Source: Chiloscyllium plagiosum
Lineage: Eukaryota
DNA: 64,000 nt
Assembly (NCBI RefSeq): GCF_004010195.1
Contig: NC_057755.1
Coordinates: forward strand, 8,399,286-8,463,285
Direction of reading: 5' to 3'
The translations under genes were made by a program, and so were the position numbers. Below, piece after piece: positions 39,023-53,184 of this stretch (the first letter of the stretch is position 1; every line of letters begins with the position of its first letter). The notes under the pieces are model-generated. The model was given only the letters and a program-made list of their open reading frames with translations. It searched no databases and was not told the DNA's origin.

Positions 39023-40110
39023 ACAGGGATCAATGCTAGGACTCCAGTTATTCGCAATATGTTTTAATGTTTTAGATGAGGGAACTTTGTATAATATGTC
39101 CAAATTTGCAGACAACACAAAATTGGGTGGGAGAGTTAACTGTGTGGAGGATGTAAAAGAAGCTTCAATTGGACAAGTTCAATAAGTGGCAGATGCATAT
39201 AATTATCCACTTTGGAGCAAAAATAGAAGGAGAGTAGATTGAGAAAGGGGGAAGTGTAATGAATCCTGGGTGTCCTTGTCCACCAGCCACTGAAAGAAAG
39301 CATGCAGGGGCAGCAGGTAGTGAAGAATGCAAATGGTATGATGGCCTTCATAATTACAAGGTTCGAGTGCAGGAGTGGGGGTGTATACTGGAATTGTATA
39401 GTACCTTTGTGAGGTCACACTGGAGTATTTTGTGCAGATTTGATCTCCTTATCTGTTCTGGCTATAGAGGGAATGCAACAAAAGTTTATTAGACTGATTC
39501 CTGGTATTCCTGACGTATGAAGGGAGACTGGATTGGTTAGGATTATATTCACTACAGTTTAGAAGAATGAGGGAGAGACCTCATAGAATCTATAAATTTC
39601 TAACAGGATTAAACAGAGTAAATGCAGGGAGAATGTTCTTGATGACTGGTGAGTCCAGAACCAAGGATCACAGTCAAAGGATAAGGGGATCAAAGGAAAT
39701 GGGGAGAAAGCAGGAACAGGGTACTGAGTTGGATGATTATTCATAATCATATTGAATGATGGTGTAGGTTCAAAGGACTGAATGACATATTTTTGTTCCG
39801 ACATTCTGTGTCTAATATGAGCAGGGAAGTAATGTTGAACTTGTATAAGATACGAGTTAGACTTCACCTCAGGTATTGCATAGAGCTCTGGGTGCCACAT
39901 TTTCAGAAAGATGTGAACACATTGAAGAGAGTGAGAAAGCAATTTACAAGAATTACATAGAACATAGAAGAATACAGCGCAGTACAGGCCGAATGGCCCT
40001 CGATGTTGCGCCGATACAAGCCCACCTAACCTATACTAACCCACTATCCTCCATATACCTATCCAATGCCCGCTTAAATGCCCATAAAGAGGGAGAGTCC
40101 ACCACTGAAA
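39022..40110. mobile_element. Stacked CR1-like LINE fragments
   Basis: SKFADNTKLGG on + through a 3' tail at ~39800, another + piece to ~39955, and a - strand tail to ~40105. Confidence 0.8.
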
Positions 40111-42199
40111 TTGTGCACTTTCATAACTGAGATTGTTGGATCTTTAAGCATAAAGGATATGGTGATAGGGGGAGAATGTGGAGTTATGAAGTTCAGCCGT
40201 GATCTTGAATCATAATCCTTTATCTTATGTTATTAATATGCTTGAGGTTTCTCATGGCAGTTATCTAGCTAATCCTTCAGTTCCATTAAGATATACAATC
40301 AATGTCAGGGCAATGGGATGGACAATAAATTTTGAAAATGAATTTTTCAAGATACAGCCAAATACAAATTTGAGAGCACCTTTGCCTATCAGGCCATCAT
40401 GGAAATTGGGAAAAAGGTTAGTCAATTGTATTATTCTAAAATGAGAGCACAGAGAAATATTAGACTTGCAAATGTTGAGAGGTGGATAAAGTAATAGGAC
40501 TTTAATAGGGTATATTTTGGTTATATTAGAGATCTGTCATAATAACATTGTGTCTTCTAGAAAAAATATGCCATATTTAGCATAATCAGAGTCAGGGAGT
40601 CATGCAGCATAGAAACAGGCCTTTCAGCCCATCAAATCTGTGCTGACCAACAAGAACGAAATAACGATTGGCAGCCCTTATAATATATTCTGTTCAAAAT
40701 CAAAACTAACAAGATTAATCCAAATAAAAAAGCGATGCTGATAAAGAACTGCGATTAAGTGTTCCCAAATCCAAATGTAAAAGTTGTGAGAAAATATTTT
40801 AAGAACGAAGTGAAAATATGTTAATCTATGTTGAGCTAGTTTTCCTGTTGATTGTGTTGATGAATAAAAATTTTTATTCATTTTATTGTATATGTATTGT
40901 TTAGCACCCCACTTGCTTGAATGAAGGTGTCATAAGTCACCGCATGCCTCCATTGTAATGTGTGTACTTTTTATCTGCTCATTATGCATTTTTCCATACC
41001 CAGGATACTGGTAATCTAGTAATCATTTTCCCAGCTACATTCTCCATCATTCAGATAATAATCATAATCATGGCCTTTTGTTGAACACTTTCACGTTATT
41101 TTCAGAGAAAAGTTTGCAGTGTTGTATCAAGCAATAAATGTTGTCCAAGTCAAAGATTGTTTTTCATACCATCAACATGATGAGTGGCTCATTTTCATCC
41201 ATGCCAAATTTGTTCCATGTTGTCATTGTTTTCTTGACAATGACTGAGAACCAGCTCTGGAGCGAGTCCATGCAGTCTTGTTAAATAATTGAATTTGAAG
41301 TTGCAGCCAGTTACACGACAATGTTTCAAACCTAAAACTGAGTGGGTGATTCTAGCCTAGTGACAGGAGATCGTAGAAAATATGAGTCAGCCTCAGGCCA
41401 GTTATAATGAGCTAAATCCACCAAAAATAGACTTGGGTACACAATTACACCAGCTTCAAAATGACTGATGTAAATCAGGTAGCTTGCACTATGGGGATTA
41501 CAAAAGGTCATCTGAACAGTCTATCCATATCCCAGTTCAGCTACTGACATCATAACAAAATAACTCATGCAGTTAATGTTTTCTTCATGATCTACAGATT
41601 TTTTTTTTAAACCAGCCTGTTCAGAGATATCATTACACATGTTTGGATTAGGTGTGACTTTAAATCAAGCCTCCTGGCCTAGAGGTAGAGACACTATCAG
41701 TATACCACAAGGGCCCTTAAGAAATTTGCATTCGATCCACAGTTCCTATCAGAGCAATAAGCAGTCATTCCTCGACTGGGAATCAAACATGGGCCGTGGT
41801 GATAGCACCAAATTCCAACCATTAGACCATCAGAGAAACTCTTCATGATCAATGATAGACAAAATATTATTAATTATAGCTGGGAAAATATTGCTGATTT
41901 CAGCCATTTAAAGCATTGTCCACTTTAATTTAATTGAATAAACCTCATTTTATTTTCAATAATAAATAATAAATATAATGAAATAATAAATGAAGCTGCT
42001 CAGCAATATTTTGTATGTGTTATTTTATCTAAACATCAAGATTTTAACTAATTTTATAATGATTACAACATATAATTAGATAGCTTTCGATATGTTCTAT
42101 TGATTAATTGCCTGCACTGGAATAATCCCTTCCCACTGCTAATTCTAAAGTTTTGATAAACTTGATCTCTAAACACTCTCTAAGTTGCAAAGTTCAAAG

Positions 42200-42525
42200 T
42201 TCAAGAACCATGCCAGGGCTTGAACACAACAATCCAGGCGAACTGGATAGTTTTGCAATGCTGTGGGAGTGCTATACTGTCAGAGGTGCTGTCTTTTGGA
42301 TGAAGTGTTAGACAGAGGCACCATGTGTTCTCTTAGATGTAAAGATCCCATGGCATTATTCCAAAGAAGAGCAGGAGAGTTATCCCTGATATTGCGGCCA
42401 ATATTTATCCTTCAATCAGCATCCCAGCAAAACAAATTATCTGGTCATTATCACGTTGCTGTTTGCGGAAGTTTACACTGTGCAAATTGGCTGCTGTGTT
42501 TCCTATATTACACTAGGGTTGACAC
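42200..42525 (+). mobile_element. Deu-domain SINE (SacSINE1/AmnSINE1-like)
   Basis: GGATGAAGTGTTAGACAGAGG...TAAAGATCCCATGGCA...GGCCAATATT matches the Deu-domain consensus as I recall it. Confidence 0.7.
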
Positions 42526-42529
42526 TTTA

Positions 42530-42868
42530 GAACCCTGTAGTACACACTTATCCCTCTTCATCACGAGAGTAAAAATCACTGAATTATGGTCACTATCCCC
42601 AAAGTGCTCACCTACCTCTAATTCTAACACCTGGCCTGGTTCGTTACCCAGAACCAAATCCAGTATGGCCTCACCTCTTGTTGGCCTGTCTACATATTGT
42701 GTCAGGAAACTCTCCTGCACACATTGAACAAACACTGACCCATCTAACGAACTTGAGCTATAGCTTTCCCAATCAATATCAGGAAAGTTAAAGGAACCCA
42801 TAACAACCACCCTATTACTGTCACTCATCTCCTGAATCACCTTCCCTATCCTTTCTTCAATTGTTACC
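42530..42868 (-). mobile_element. CR1-like LINE endonuclease fragment
   Basis: VVMGSFNFPDIDW...PTRGEAILDLVL...GDSDH. Confidence 0.9.
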
Positions 42869-42869
42869 A

Positions 42870-44510
42870 CTAAAGGGATATCGCCGAGAAAACGTAAGGG
42901 TCTAAAGGTAGATAAATCTCCTGATCCTGATGAAATACATCCCCTAGTTTGCTCAAAGAAGTTGCAAACTTATAGTTGATGCGTTAGTGGCAATTTACCA
43001 ACAATCGCTGGATTTCGGATAGGTCATGGCAGACTGGAAGACAGCGAATGTCGTGCTGCTTTTTGAAAAGAGTGTAAGTAGAAGGCCGGTAACTAAAGGA
43101 CAGTTAGTTTAACATCTGCAGGCGCGAAAATGCCACATACTATTATTAAAAAAGAAATAGTGAGGCATCTGGATGGAAAGCGTTCCATCAGGCAGACACA
43201 GCATGTATTCAGGAAGGGGAAGGTCGCGTTTAACAAACTTACTGGCATTCTTTGTGGATGGAGGGGAATAGGTGGACATGGATTTCCAGAAGGTGTTTGA
43301 TCAGGTGCCACATAAAAGGTTCATTCATAATGTAAGAGTGCATGGAGTTTTGGGGAATCGACTAACGTGGATAGAGGACTGGTTAACCAACAGACAACAG
43401 AGAGTTGGGATCATTGGGTGTTTACCTGGTTGGAGATCAGTGGTGAGCGAGATGCCACAGAGGTCGGCGTTGTGCTCACAACTGTTCATGGTAGATATAA
43501 ATGATTTGAAAGAGGAGATTGATGTTTGCTGATAAGACCAAATTGAATGGAAAAGCAAACTACACAGCGGATGTTTGGGGAATGAAGAGAGATTTAGATA
43601 GTAAAATTGAGTGGGCAAGGGTCTGGCAGATGGCGTACAATGGTGGTAAATGTGAGTTTATCAAGTTTGGAAGTAAAAGGGTAGGTCAGAGTGTTATTTA
43701 AATGGTGAGTGATTGCAGTGTGCTGTTGTGCAGAATGGCTTAGAAATGATTGGATGTGAATTGCTAAAATTAATTTACAGTTAAAGTATGTAATCAGGAA
43801 GGCAAATGAAATATTGTTTTTTTTACTGGATGGACAGAATTTAAGAGCAGGGAGATTCTGCTGCAATTGGAGGAGGAAAAGATGAGGACTGCAGATGCTG
43901 GAGGTCAGAGTCGAGATTGTGGTACTGCAATTTTACAAGGTGGTGGTGAGGCCACACCTGGAGTATTGTACCAGTTCTGGTCTCTTTATTTTATAAAGTG
44001 TATCCTGGCTTTGCAGACAGTGCAGAGGAGGAGCAACAGGTTTATTCTGGAGATGAGGGGGTTACCCTGTGCGCATAGTTTGAACAGCTTGGGACTGCAT
44101 TCGCTCGGATTTAGAAAAATGAGAGGGGTTCTTATAGAAACATGTGCAATTATGAAAGGAATAGATAGTATAGAGACAGGCAAGTTGTTTCCACTGGTAT
44201 GTGAGACTAAGACGAGGGAACGTGGTTTCAAGATTAGGGGAAGTAAATTTCGGACAGAGATAAGGAAAAATTGCTTTTCCAAGAAAGGAGTAGATCTTTG
44301 GAATTCTCTGTCCAGAGAAGCAGTAGAGGCAGCTTCATTTGATACATTCATGATGGGTTTATGCACGGTCAGAGAATTAAGGGTTATGGGGATAATTCAG
44401 GTCGGAGGACCTGAGATGATAGATCAGTCAGTCATGACCTTAACGTATGGCAGAGTAGGCACGATAGGCCAAATGGCCTGCTCCTCCTTCTATTACTGTG
44501 AAACTATGAG
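42870..44510 (+). mobile_element. CR1-like LINE RT to 3' end
   Basis: KSPDPDEIHP, MDFQKVFDQVPH, FADKTKL and WNSLSRE motifs; short Penelope tail inserted at ~43868-43925. Confidence 0.9.
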
Positions 44511-44659
44511 GGCATCACTGGCTCGCAGCAGTTATTTAAACATGGCACATAGAAACTTATAGCGCAGTACAGGCCCAGAATGTTGTCTCCACCTATGAAA
44601 CCAATCTGAAGCCCATCTAACTTATATTATTTCATTTTCATCCATATTGGTATCCTCTG

Positions 44660-45930
44660 GGTCAGGTGAAGATCATCCTGATTGTAGAGGTCGAACCTAC
44701 ACCAGAAGGAGCCTGAATTATCCAGGAATGCGAAACCGTCCCTTCTACAACATTCTTGTAGCCATGTGTTCAAATCATCGCTCTCCCTCGCCTCGCTAGC
44801 TCATGGCACAGGCAACAAGCCAGAAATAACAACTCTGTTTCTTCTAGCAGTAAGATTCCACCCAAGCTGCCTGAATTTCTGCCTTTAATCCCGATCTCTC
44901 CTTCTGCCGATGCCATTGGTGCCTATGTGGACCATGACTTGGGGCTGCTCTCCCTCTGCCTCAAGGATCCTGAAAACACGATCAGAGACATCACGGACCC
45001 TGGTTCCTCGGAGGCCATACATCAAATCCGAGTCTCTCTCATTCCCACAGAACCCATTATCTATTACCCTAACTATGGAGTCCCCAATTACCAATGCTTG
45101 CTCCCCCTCCCCTTTCCCTTCTGAGCAACAGGAACAGATACTGTGCCAGAGGCCTGTGCCCCATTGCTTACCCCTGTAAGTCGTCTCCCCCAACAGTATC
45201 TTAAATGGTGTACTTGCTGTTGAGGGCATGGTCCATAGGGGAACCCTGCACTGCCTGACTGTTCCTTTTCCGTCCCCCGATGGTAACTTATCTATCCTTT
45301 TCCTGTATCAGAGTGTGACTACCTCCCTACAAATGCTCTCAGTAACCCCCCGCCCCCACCCCCACCTCCCGAATGATACGACATTCATCCAGTTCCAGTT
45401 CCTTAATGCAGATCTCGGGGAGCTGGCTTTGGGTGTACTTCCCACACATGCAGTTAGCACGGACACTAGTGGTCACTTTTATCTTGCCACATTCGGCTGG
45501 AGGAACATTCAACTGCCCTAAGCTCCATTTTCATTATTCTAAATTCCCAACAAGATTATTGAAAACTGGAAACAAAAAAAAAAAAATCTAGTCACCCTAC
45601 CAATCCAGCAGAAAGAAACCCTTTTGTTTTGGTTAGAGGAGGACGATGCATGGGAGACACTGTCTGAGTCATGTTTCGGGTAAAGCAACCACCCAATATA
45701 TAACGTCACTCACCTGGCAGTCCCGTGTCCATTCTTTCACAGAGTGCGCTCTGCTGATACGTGAGGTTTGTTTTTATACTTTAAAATTTACTTTCTGGTC
45801 AGGGACCGGTTCTCGCCATCGTTCCTCCACTGAAATTGTCACCGAAAGAAACGAAGAAAGCTGAACATGTGGTAAGCTTTTATGCTTTAAATTTACCTTT
45901 CGGTCAGGCCCCTAGTCCTCGCTGTAGCTC
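44660..45930 (-). mobile_element. CR1-like LINE 5' part: ORF1 with SGNH/GDSL esterase domain and probable 5' UTR
   Basis: ALVIGDSIVR...GTRVRDV...VHIGTN in ORF 44885..45229. Confidence 0.8.
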
Positions 45931-46135
45931 TTCCCATTGCAACTGCCGCCGAAAAAAAATCTATGCCAATTTCTGCCCAACATGAATTGCCCGGAGGGCA
46001 GTTCAAGTGTAACAGCAGTACAGCAGCGCTTCACGGGAGTTCCAAAGCATTTGAAGGTGTCACCGTGACACCTCGACGGGGAACAAAACATCCATAAATC
46101 AACGTCCCAGCTCAGCGAACATCCCCATAACCAGA

Positions 46136-48606
46136 TGAGAACATTAGGGAAGTCAGTGATGTAACTGGCTGGACAGTGGCAATACAATGAGGGCACTGAT
46201 GCATCTATTGTTGGGATCCCACCTTTTTCACTTGGTCTCCTTCCCTCAGGAACGGCAGAATGTTTTCCTCCCTTGATGATTCATGTGACTCCAGGTCTTG
46301 GAGATGGGGGATAAATGATGATCTCAGAAGGAATGCACACATGCAGTGCCTGAGAAGGTTCATACTTCAATCAGAGAACGAAATGTTCTTATTAAAGAGG
46401 GCAGCTCCTAACATAGAGTGCAGAAGGAAAACTCTGAGACATATTTTCACACTTGGAATAACCTTACTCGATGCAGCATCGGTTGAAATATTTTGTGACC
46501 TTGGAAATATTTGAGTGGGCAGTGTTATTGTTGACAGATTCCAGATTATGATTTTTTTATTTCATTAGGGTGTACGAGCAGCCACACTCCTTCATAACTG
46601 ACATCAAACTTATTATTATAATTAATTTGTTCATTTACAGAAATTTGAAAACCTGGAATAAAGCTGAGCAATGTTGTAACCTTGATCTCTCCAAGGAGCT
46701 TCCCATATAGTATATGTCAGCAGCTCTGAGTTTCAAATGAAGAGCTGGTCAGCTGCTTGAAGGGACAGATCACCTCACACGTAGATATACACCGACAAAT
46801 TCAATAAGTAGAGAAGTTGTTTCACGCCATCCTTGCTTTCATTGGCATCCATGGTATGTCTTTATAATAATTGAACGTGTTTTAATTTGCTGCTGATCTG
46901 TTCTCTGGTTTTATCTTTGAACAATAACATCTCCAGCTCACTGACTGGTCATCCTTATCCAGGCACCAGGGCAGTGATAGCCATTCACTGAGCAGCATTC
47001 TCGGTACAATTCTCCACTGACAGATATTCCCAACTTCACTGCTGCTGCAGCATTTTCTGATCTCAGTGTTCTGTCATCTGTTCTGGTTTCATGTGGTTTG
47101 AGGGTGTAAAGAGAGATCATGCAAGTCAGGTCTGAAGAAGAGTCATTGAACTCGGAAGTTTAAATCTGCTTTGGCTCCAGAGATTCTACCAGACCTGCTC
47201 AGTTTCTCCAACAATTTTTGTTTTGTTACACAAATGAAGCCTCCTCGCTCTAGAATTAGAATGTCAAGGGTGATCTGAGAAAATTCCTATGATATTAACG
47301 AAAAATATTGGAAATCATAAACTATTCTCATTGGGTAGGGATTCTAGAATGAGGGAACTTACTGTGAGAACACCTGTCAGAGTGTTCCAGCTTGGGAAAC
47401 ACTTTGACATACAAAGGATGGTAAATCGTTGGAAACGATTTTCGCAAATAATAGTGGATGCTGGATCAGTTTTGAATTTTATATCTGAGGTGGTACATCT
47501 TTTGCGCATCAAAGAAACTAAGGGATGTGTGCCCCATTTTGCTTTGTAAAACGTAGTCTAACTATCATCCTTCCAGGAAATTCTCTCCTCCTCCCCGTAT
47601 TTGGCTAGTGAAATCAAATCTTGACAGCTTGCTGTCCTGATCCCTGTATGCCAAGAGTTTTGTAATGTACAGATGTATAAATTTAAAGTGGAAATATCGG
47701 AACAGTCCAAATACTCACACATTTTAGTGATCAGTCAAGTCTGGAAGAGGCTGAAGGATGAGAGCAAAGGAGAGTATCGCAGAGACACAAAGATGGAGAG
47801 CAGAGGAATAGCTGTGATTGTGGTTGTTACGACCTCTGTGTGTTTCATCCATCTGTGGTTAATCTATGTTGTAAATGTCTTATATTATTTCATTCAAGGA
47901 ATCAATCCTCACGATTACTCGAGTTTTGTGTATCACTTCAGGAGAGTTGGTTACATGCTGCGGAACCTAAGTTGTTGCACAAACACACTTATTTACGCAG
48001 CAACATTGTCTGTTTTCAGAACAAAGATCAGCATTGCAATAAAAATACCTGGTTACATGGATTCCTCGTGTTATAAATAAGTAAAACTCCTCAGTGGACC
48101 CACAGAAGTGTCATATTGATTCCAGAGCATGAAATAATCTTTTAAAGGTATTCACTTGTGCGATATGGGCATCGCTGGCTGGGTCAGCATTTATTACCAA
48201 TCCCCTGTTGCCCCTTGAGAAGGTGGTGGTTCGCTGACGTCTTGATCCACTGCAGTCAACAATGCCCTGAGGGAAAAAAAAATCCAGGATTTTGATCCAG
48301 CAGCAGTGAAGGAACGGCAATACAGTTCCAATTCAGGAAAATATCTAGTTGCATGAATTCTTTACACAATGAACAAATGAAACTTATTAACGATAACTAT
48401 ACCGGGCTCACTATTTTTTAATATCAAGCTTACAAATTCCACTGGGCAGCTAAATTAATGCAACCCGTAAACAGATATTTCCTATCATCGATTGCAGATG
48501 CAATAAAATGCAAGAAATCTGGCTGCTGTTAAAAGTGGTGCAATGCAGCCCTCTGCTGTCGTACCCAGGCCTCTGGAGGATTCAAACTCTCAAGGAATTC
48601 ATCAGC
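46136..48606 (+). repeat. Left arm of ~2.5 kb inverted duplication
   Basis: Reverse complement of 54820-57300; four ORF-track translations are identical between the arms. Confidence 0.97.
46787..48083 (+). pseudogene. GPR139-like GPCR pseudogene (copy C)
   Basis: Exon 1 at 46787-46853 has ATG>ATA and an in-frame TAA. The intron is fused at ~47718 to ICL3-TM6-TM7 (HILVISQV...LSCCTNTLIY). The acceptor and the rest of TM1-TM5 are deleted. Confidence 0.9.
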
Positions 48607-48639
48607 ACATATCCAAATGAATTACACCTTTAATCCCTC

Positions 48640-48810
48640 AGAAACTCACTCTTACACATACGCATACAGATATGCTTCCACGTGCACACACATAGAAAGA
48701 CAGACACCCACTCACACACACACAGACACGTGAACATGCACACACGCACATACCCACACATTCATGCAACGTTCTCTCTCTCACACACACACACACACAC
48801 TCACAGATAA
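48640..48810. repeat. Imperfect (CA)n
   Basis: Direct reading. Confidence 0.85.
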
Positions 48811-49404
48811 ACTCAGACTCAGTAGACAAAAAAAAACGTGGCTGTAATCGATGAGGAGAAAGACTGAGAAGGACGCTTAGTGGTTCCTCTTCACATGGAG
48901 GATGAGATGATTGTATTGATTCCTGTGCTGCTCAGATTGCTGCTTCACAGTTTTCCTTCTCTGGAGGTTCTCAGTGATTGAAAAGAGACATTCAGACTGG
49001 GTCACACATAACTGATCTCTAACAGACTCATTAAGAGGCAGAGCTCATAAGAACTGCTGAAGGAACAATAAAACACATTTCTGCAGACTTAAAGTAGCTT
49101 TTACTGAGAGAACAGAGAGATCCTTAGAAAATGGAGGCCTGAACGCTTCTCTGAATCTGGATCCTAGCCCCAAGATGTTCAGCAGACTGAGAACCAATCA
49201 CATCTCTACTGGCAAACAGAAGCCCTTTGTCAATGATAATTGGTCACTAATTCACAAACCAATAAGCTATTTGCTGCAAACCAAAACTCTATCTGTAAAT
49301 AACTCATTTCGTCTGCAACCACAGTTCAATCATTGGATCACTCTCAACTTTCAAATCATGCAGCAATCCTCCACCAACCTTCTGCTGTTAAAATGGCTCT
49401 TTTT

Positions 49405-49760
49405 TGTGTGTGTCTCTGTGTCTGTATGTGTATGGTTGTCTGTGTGTGCACAGATAGGTATTTGTGAATGTCTGCATGCATGTGTGTGTTTGTGTGCCTC
49501 TCTGTGGTCATCTCTGTACGTTTCTGCCCCTATATATGTATCTGTGTGCCTGCCTGTCCATGAGTGTTTCTGACCATATCTATGTAAGTGACACTCTCTG
49601 TGTGTCTGTCCGTGTGTGTTTGTGTGCTAGTGCACATTAATGTGTGTATTTCAGTGTTTTGTTTTTTGTTTGTGTGCATATCTGGGTATGTCTCTGTGTT
49701 GATGTGTGTGTGCCTATTGTGTATTAATGTAACAATCTATCCGTATTTGCGTGCATCTGT
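49405..49760. repeat. Imperfect (TG)n
   Basis: Direct reading. Confidence 0.85.
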
Positions 49761-49769
49761 TAGCGAGGC

Positions 49770-50760
49770 TTGAGAAGATTTGTAGCTCAGGTTGAGGTTT
49801 TGGACGCAGTTTTGCTCGCTGAGCTGAAAGGTTCATTTCCAGACATGTCATCACCCTACTTGATAACATCTTCGGTGGGCCTCGGGCGAAGCACTGCTGA
49901 AAATTCCTGCTTTCTATTTATATGTTTGGGTTTCTTTGGGTTGGTGATGTTCTTTCCTGTTGTGATGTTATTTCCTTGGTGAAGTCGTTTCCAGTTCCTT
50001 TTCTCAGAGGGCGGTAGATGGGGTCTAACTCGATGTGTTTGTTGATAGAGTTCTGGTTGGACTGCCATGCTTCTAGGAATTCTTGTGTGTGTGTTTGTTT
50101 CACTTGTCCTAGGATGGATGTGTGTCCCAGTCGAAGTGTTGTCCCTACTCATTCGTATGTGAGGATACTAGTGAGAGAGGGTCACGTCTTTTTGTGGCTA
50201 GTTGGTGTTCATGTATCCTGGTGGCTAGTTTTCTGCCTTTTTGTACAATATAGCGTTTGTTACAGTCCGTGCACAGTATTTTGTAAATGACATTAATTTT
50301 GCTTGTTGTCTGTATAGGGTCTTTCAATTCATTAGCTGCTGTTTTTGTGTGTTGGTGTGTTTGTGGTCTACCATGATGCCAAGGGGTCTGAGTAGTCTGG
50401 CAGTCATCTCCAACGTGTCTTTGACGTAGGGGAGAGTGGCTAGGGTTTCTGGACGTGATTTGTCTGCTTATTTGAGTTTGTTGCTGCGAAATCGGCGGAC
50501 TGTGTTCTTTGGGTATCCATTCTTTTTGTATAGACGGGACTTTCCTCTGCTCTGCGATTTCTCAGCAACAAACCAAGCAAGCAGACTTGTTTGTGAGTTC
50601 ACCACAGGAAATAACATCACCACAGGAAATGACATCACCAATTCAAAGAAACGCAAACATATAAATAGAAAGCAGGAGTTTTCCGCAGAGTTACGCCAGA
50701 GGCGCACTGAAAATGTTACATAGTAGGGTGACGAAACGGCTGGAAATGCATCTTTCAGCT
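49770..50760 (-). mobile_element. Penelope (Poseidon-type) 3' part with GIY-YIG, plus inverted terminal copy (50600-50760, +)
   Basis: KNGYPK and NVIYKILCTDCNKRYIVQKGRKLATRIHEH motifs; 50600-50760 mirrors 49820-49980. Confidence 0.88.
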
Positions 50761-50969
50761 GTGTGTATCTGTGTCTGTATCGCTGTGCAATGAGGTATCT
50801 GTTGTTTTGGAGATGAAGCCATTGAAATGGGGTCAAACTGTCTCTCTCTTTGTCTGTCCCTCTTGTGTTTAAAGTGATCCAATGTTAATAGAACATGGAA
50901 TGTGGAAGAGGACAGGGCAGTGCAGGATCTTTGACCCTAAATGCTGTGCTGAACGCTTATCTTACTCGA

Positions 50970-53170
50970 GGAGGGGAATGAATCAAGCCAGGTGTTAGAT
51001 TTCAAAGTAGGTGATCACCTTGGTCATAGTGGCCACAACTTAGTTACATTATTTTGTCAATTGAAAGGGATAGGTATATACCACAGGGCAAATGTTATAG
51101 CTAGGGGAAAGGCAATTATGATGCAGTTGGGCAAGATTGAGCATGCATAAGGTGGGGAAGGAAACTGCAGGGGATGGGCACAATTGAAATGTGGTGCTTG
51201 TTCAAGGAACAGGTACTGTGAGTCCCGGACAAGTATGTACCTGTCAGACAGGGAGGAAGTGGTAGAACGAGGGAACAATGATTTACTAAAGAAGTTGAAT
51301 CTCGAATCAAGAGGAAGAAGGAGGCTTATGTGAAGATGAGATGTGAAAGGTCAGTTAGGGTGCATGAGAGTTACAGGTTAGTCAGGCAAGATCTAAAGAC
51401 AGAACTAAGAAGAGCCAGGAGAAGTCATGAAAAGTCTTTTGGCAAGTAGGATCAAGTAAAACCCGAAAGCTTTCTGTAGGTATGTCAGGAATAAAAGAAT
51501 GGCTAGCGTAAACTTAAGGCCAATCAAAGACAGTTGTATGTGACGTCTGAAGAGATTGGAGGGGCGCTAATTGAATATTTGTTTCTTCAATATTTACACA
51601 GAAAAGGACGAAGTTGTCCAGGTAAATACTGAGATGCAGGCTATCAGACTAGATGCAACTGATGCTCATAAGGAGGAGGAGTTAGAAATTCTGAAAAGTG
51701 TGAAACTAGGCCAGATGAATTTTATTCTAGGATTCTATGGGGAGCTAGGGAGAAGATTGCAGAGCTTTTGGCTCTGATATTATGTCATCATTGCCTACAG
51801 GAATAGTGCCAGAAGACTGGAGAATAGCAATTTTTGTCCCCATGTTCAAGAAGGAGTGTAGAGACAACCTTCGTAATTATTGACCAGTGATCCTTACTTC
51901 GGTTGTGGGTAAAGTTTTGGAAATGATTATAAGACTGAAGATTTATAATCATCTAGACATGAATACGTTGATTAGGGAGAGTCAACACGGTTTTTTGAAG
52001 GACAGGTTGTGCCTCACAAACCTTATTGAGTGCTTCGAGAATTTGACCAAATTGTAGATGAAGGTAAAACATTTCATTTTATATGGATTTCAGTCAAGCA
52101 TTTGACAAGGTACTCCACGGTAGGCTATTGCAGAAACTGCGGAGCCATAGGATTGAGTGTGATTTAGCGGTTTGGATCAGAAATTGTCTAGATGTAAGAA
52201 GACAGATGGTGGTGGTTGATGGGAATTGTTCATCCTGGAGTTCAGTTACTAGTGGTGTGCCACAAAGATCTGTTTTGGGGCCACTGTTGTTTGTCAGTTC
52301 TTTAAATGACCTGGATGTGGACGTAGAAGAATATTGAAAGTTATTAAATTTTAATACATAAATAAGCTGCGGAGCTGGGCTGAGTGGTGTCAAATGCATT
52401 TTAATGCGGAAAAGTGTGAGGTGCTTCACAATGGAAGGAACAACTGGAATAAAGATTGCTGGGCTAATTGTAAGATCCTTGGTTGTGTGGATGAGCAGAG
52501 TGATCTCGGTGTGTACGTAAATAGATCCCTGAAAGTTGCCACCAATGTCCATAGGGTTGATAAGAAGGCATATTCTGTGTTTGCTTTTATCAGCAGAGGG
52601 ATTTCGTTTCGGAGCCATGAGGCCATTTTGCAGCTGTACAAAACACTATTGCAGTCGCATTTTGAGTATTGCATACAGTTGTCGACACGGCATTATATGG
52701 AATCATTGGAAAAGATGCAGAGGTGATTTACTAGGCTGTTGGCTGGTATGCAGGGAAGGTCTTATGAGGAAAGGCTGTGGAATCTGAGGCTGTTTTTGTT
52801 AGCGAGACGAAAGTTAAGAGATGCCTTAATAGAGACTAAAAAGATGATAAGAGGATTAGATAAGATGGACAGTAAGAGCCTTTTTCCTCAGATGGCGATG
52901 GCTAGCATGAGGGTTCATATCTTTAATCTGAGGGGTAATAGATATTGAATAGCTGTCAGAGGTAGGTTATTTACTCAGAGAGTAGTAAGAGCGACGAATG
53001 CTCTGCCTACAAGGGTAGTGGACTTGCCAACATTTAACTGGCCACTGGATAAACATATGGATGATAATAGAATAGTGTCGGTTAGATGTGTTTTAGATTA
53101 GTTTCACAGGTCGGCGGATCACCGAGGGCTGAAGGGCCCGTTCTGTGCTGTAACATTCTATGTTCTCTGC
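50970..53170 (+). mobile_element. CR1-like LINE ORF2 (end of EN, RT) to 3' tail
   Basis: MDFSQAFDKVLH, TSGVPQRSVLGPLLF and MHFNAEKCEVLH motifs. Confidence 0.92.
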
Positions 53171-53184
53171 TCTATTTTAAGACT

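Noticed and set aside
40200..41400. AT-rich unique stretch upstream of copy D as a third NLR or other gene
   Set aside because: No recognisable NACHT or GPCR motifs in the frames I read. This weakens the idea that the NLR-GPCR pairing is universal.
47673..48080. 135-aa ORF (and its twin 55361-55768) as a functional mini-receptor
   Set aside because: It begins in intron-derived sequence at a deletion junction and has only TM6-7. Identity between the twins is explained by the inverted duplication.
48640..49760. (CA)n and (TG)n tracts as terminal inverted repeats of an element
   Set aside because: Low-complexity complementarity only, with no TSD or specific termini.
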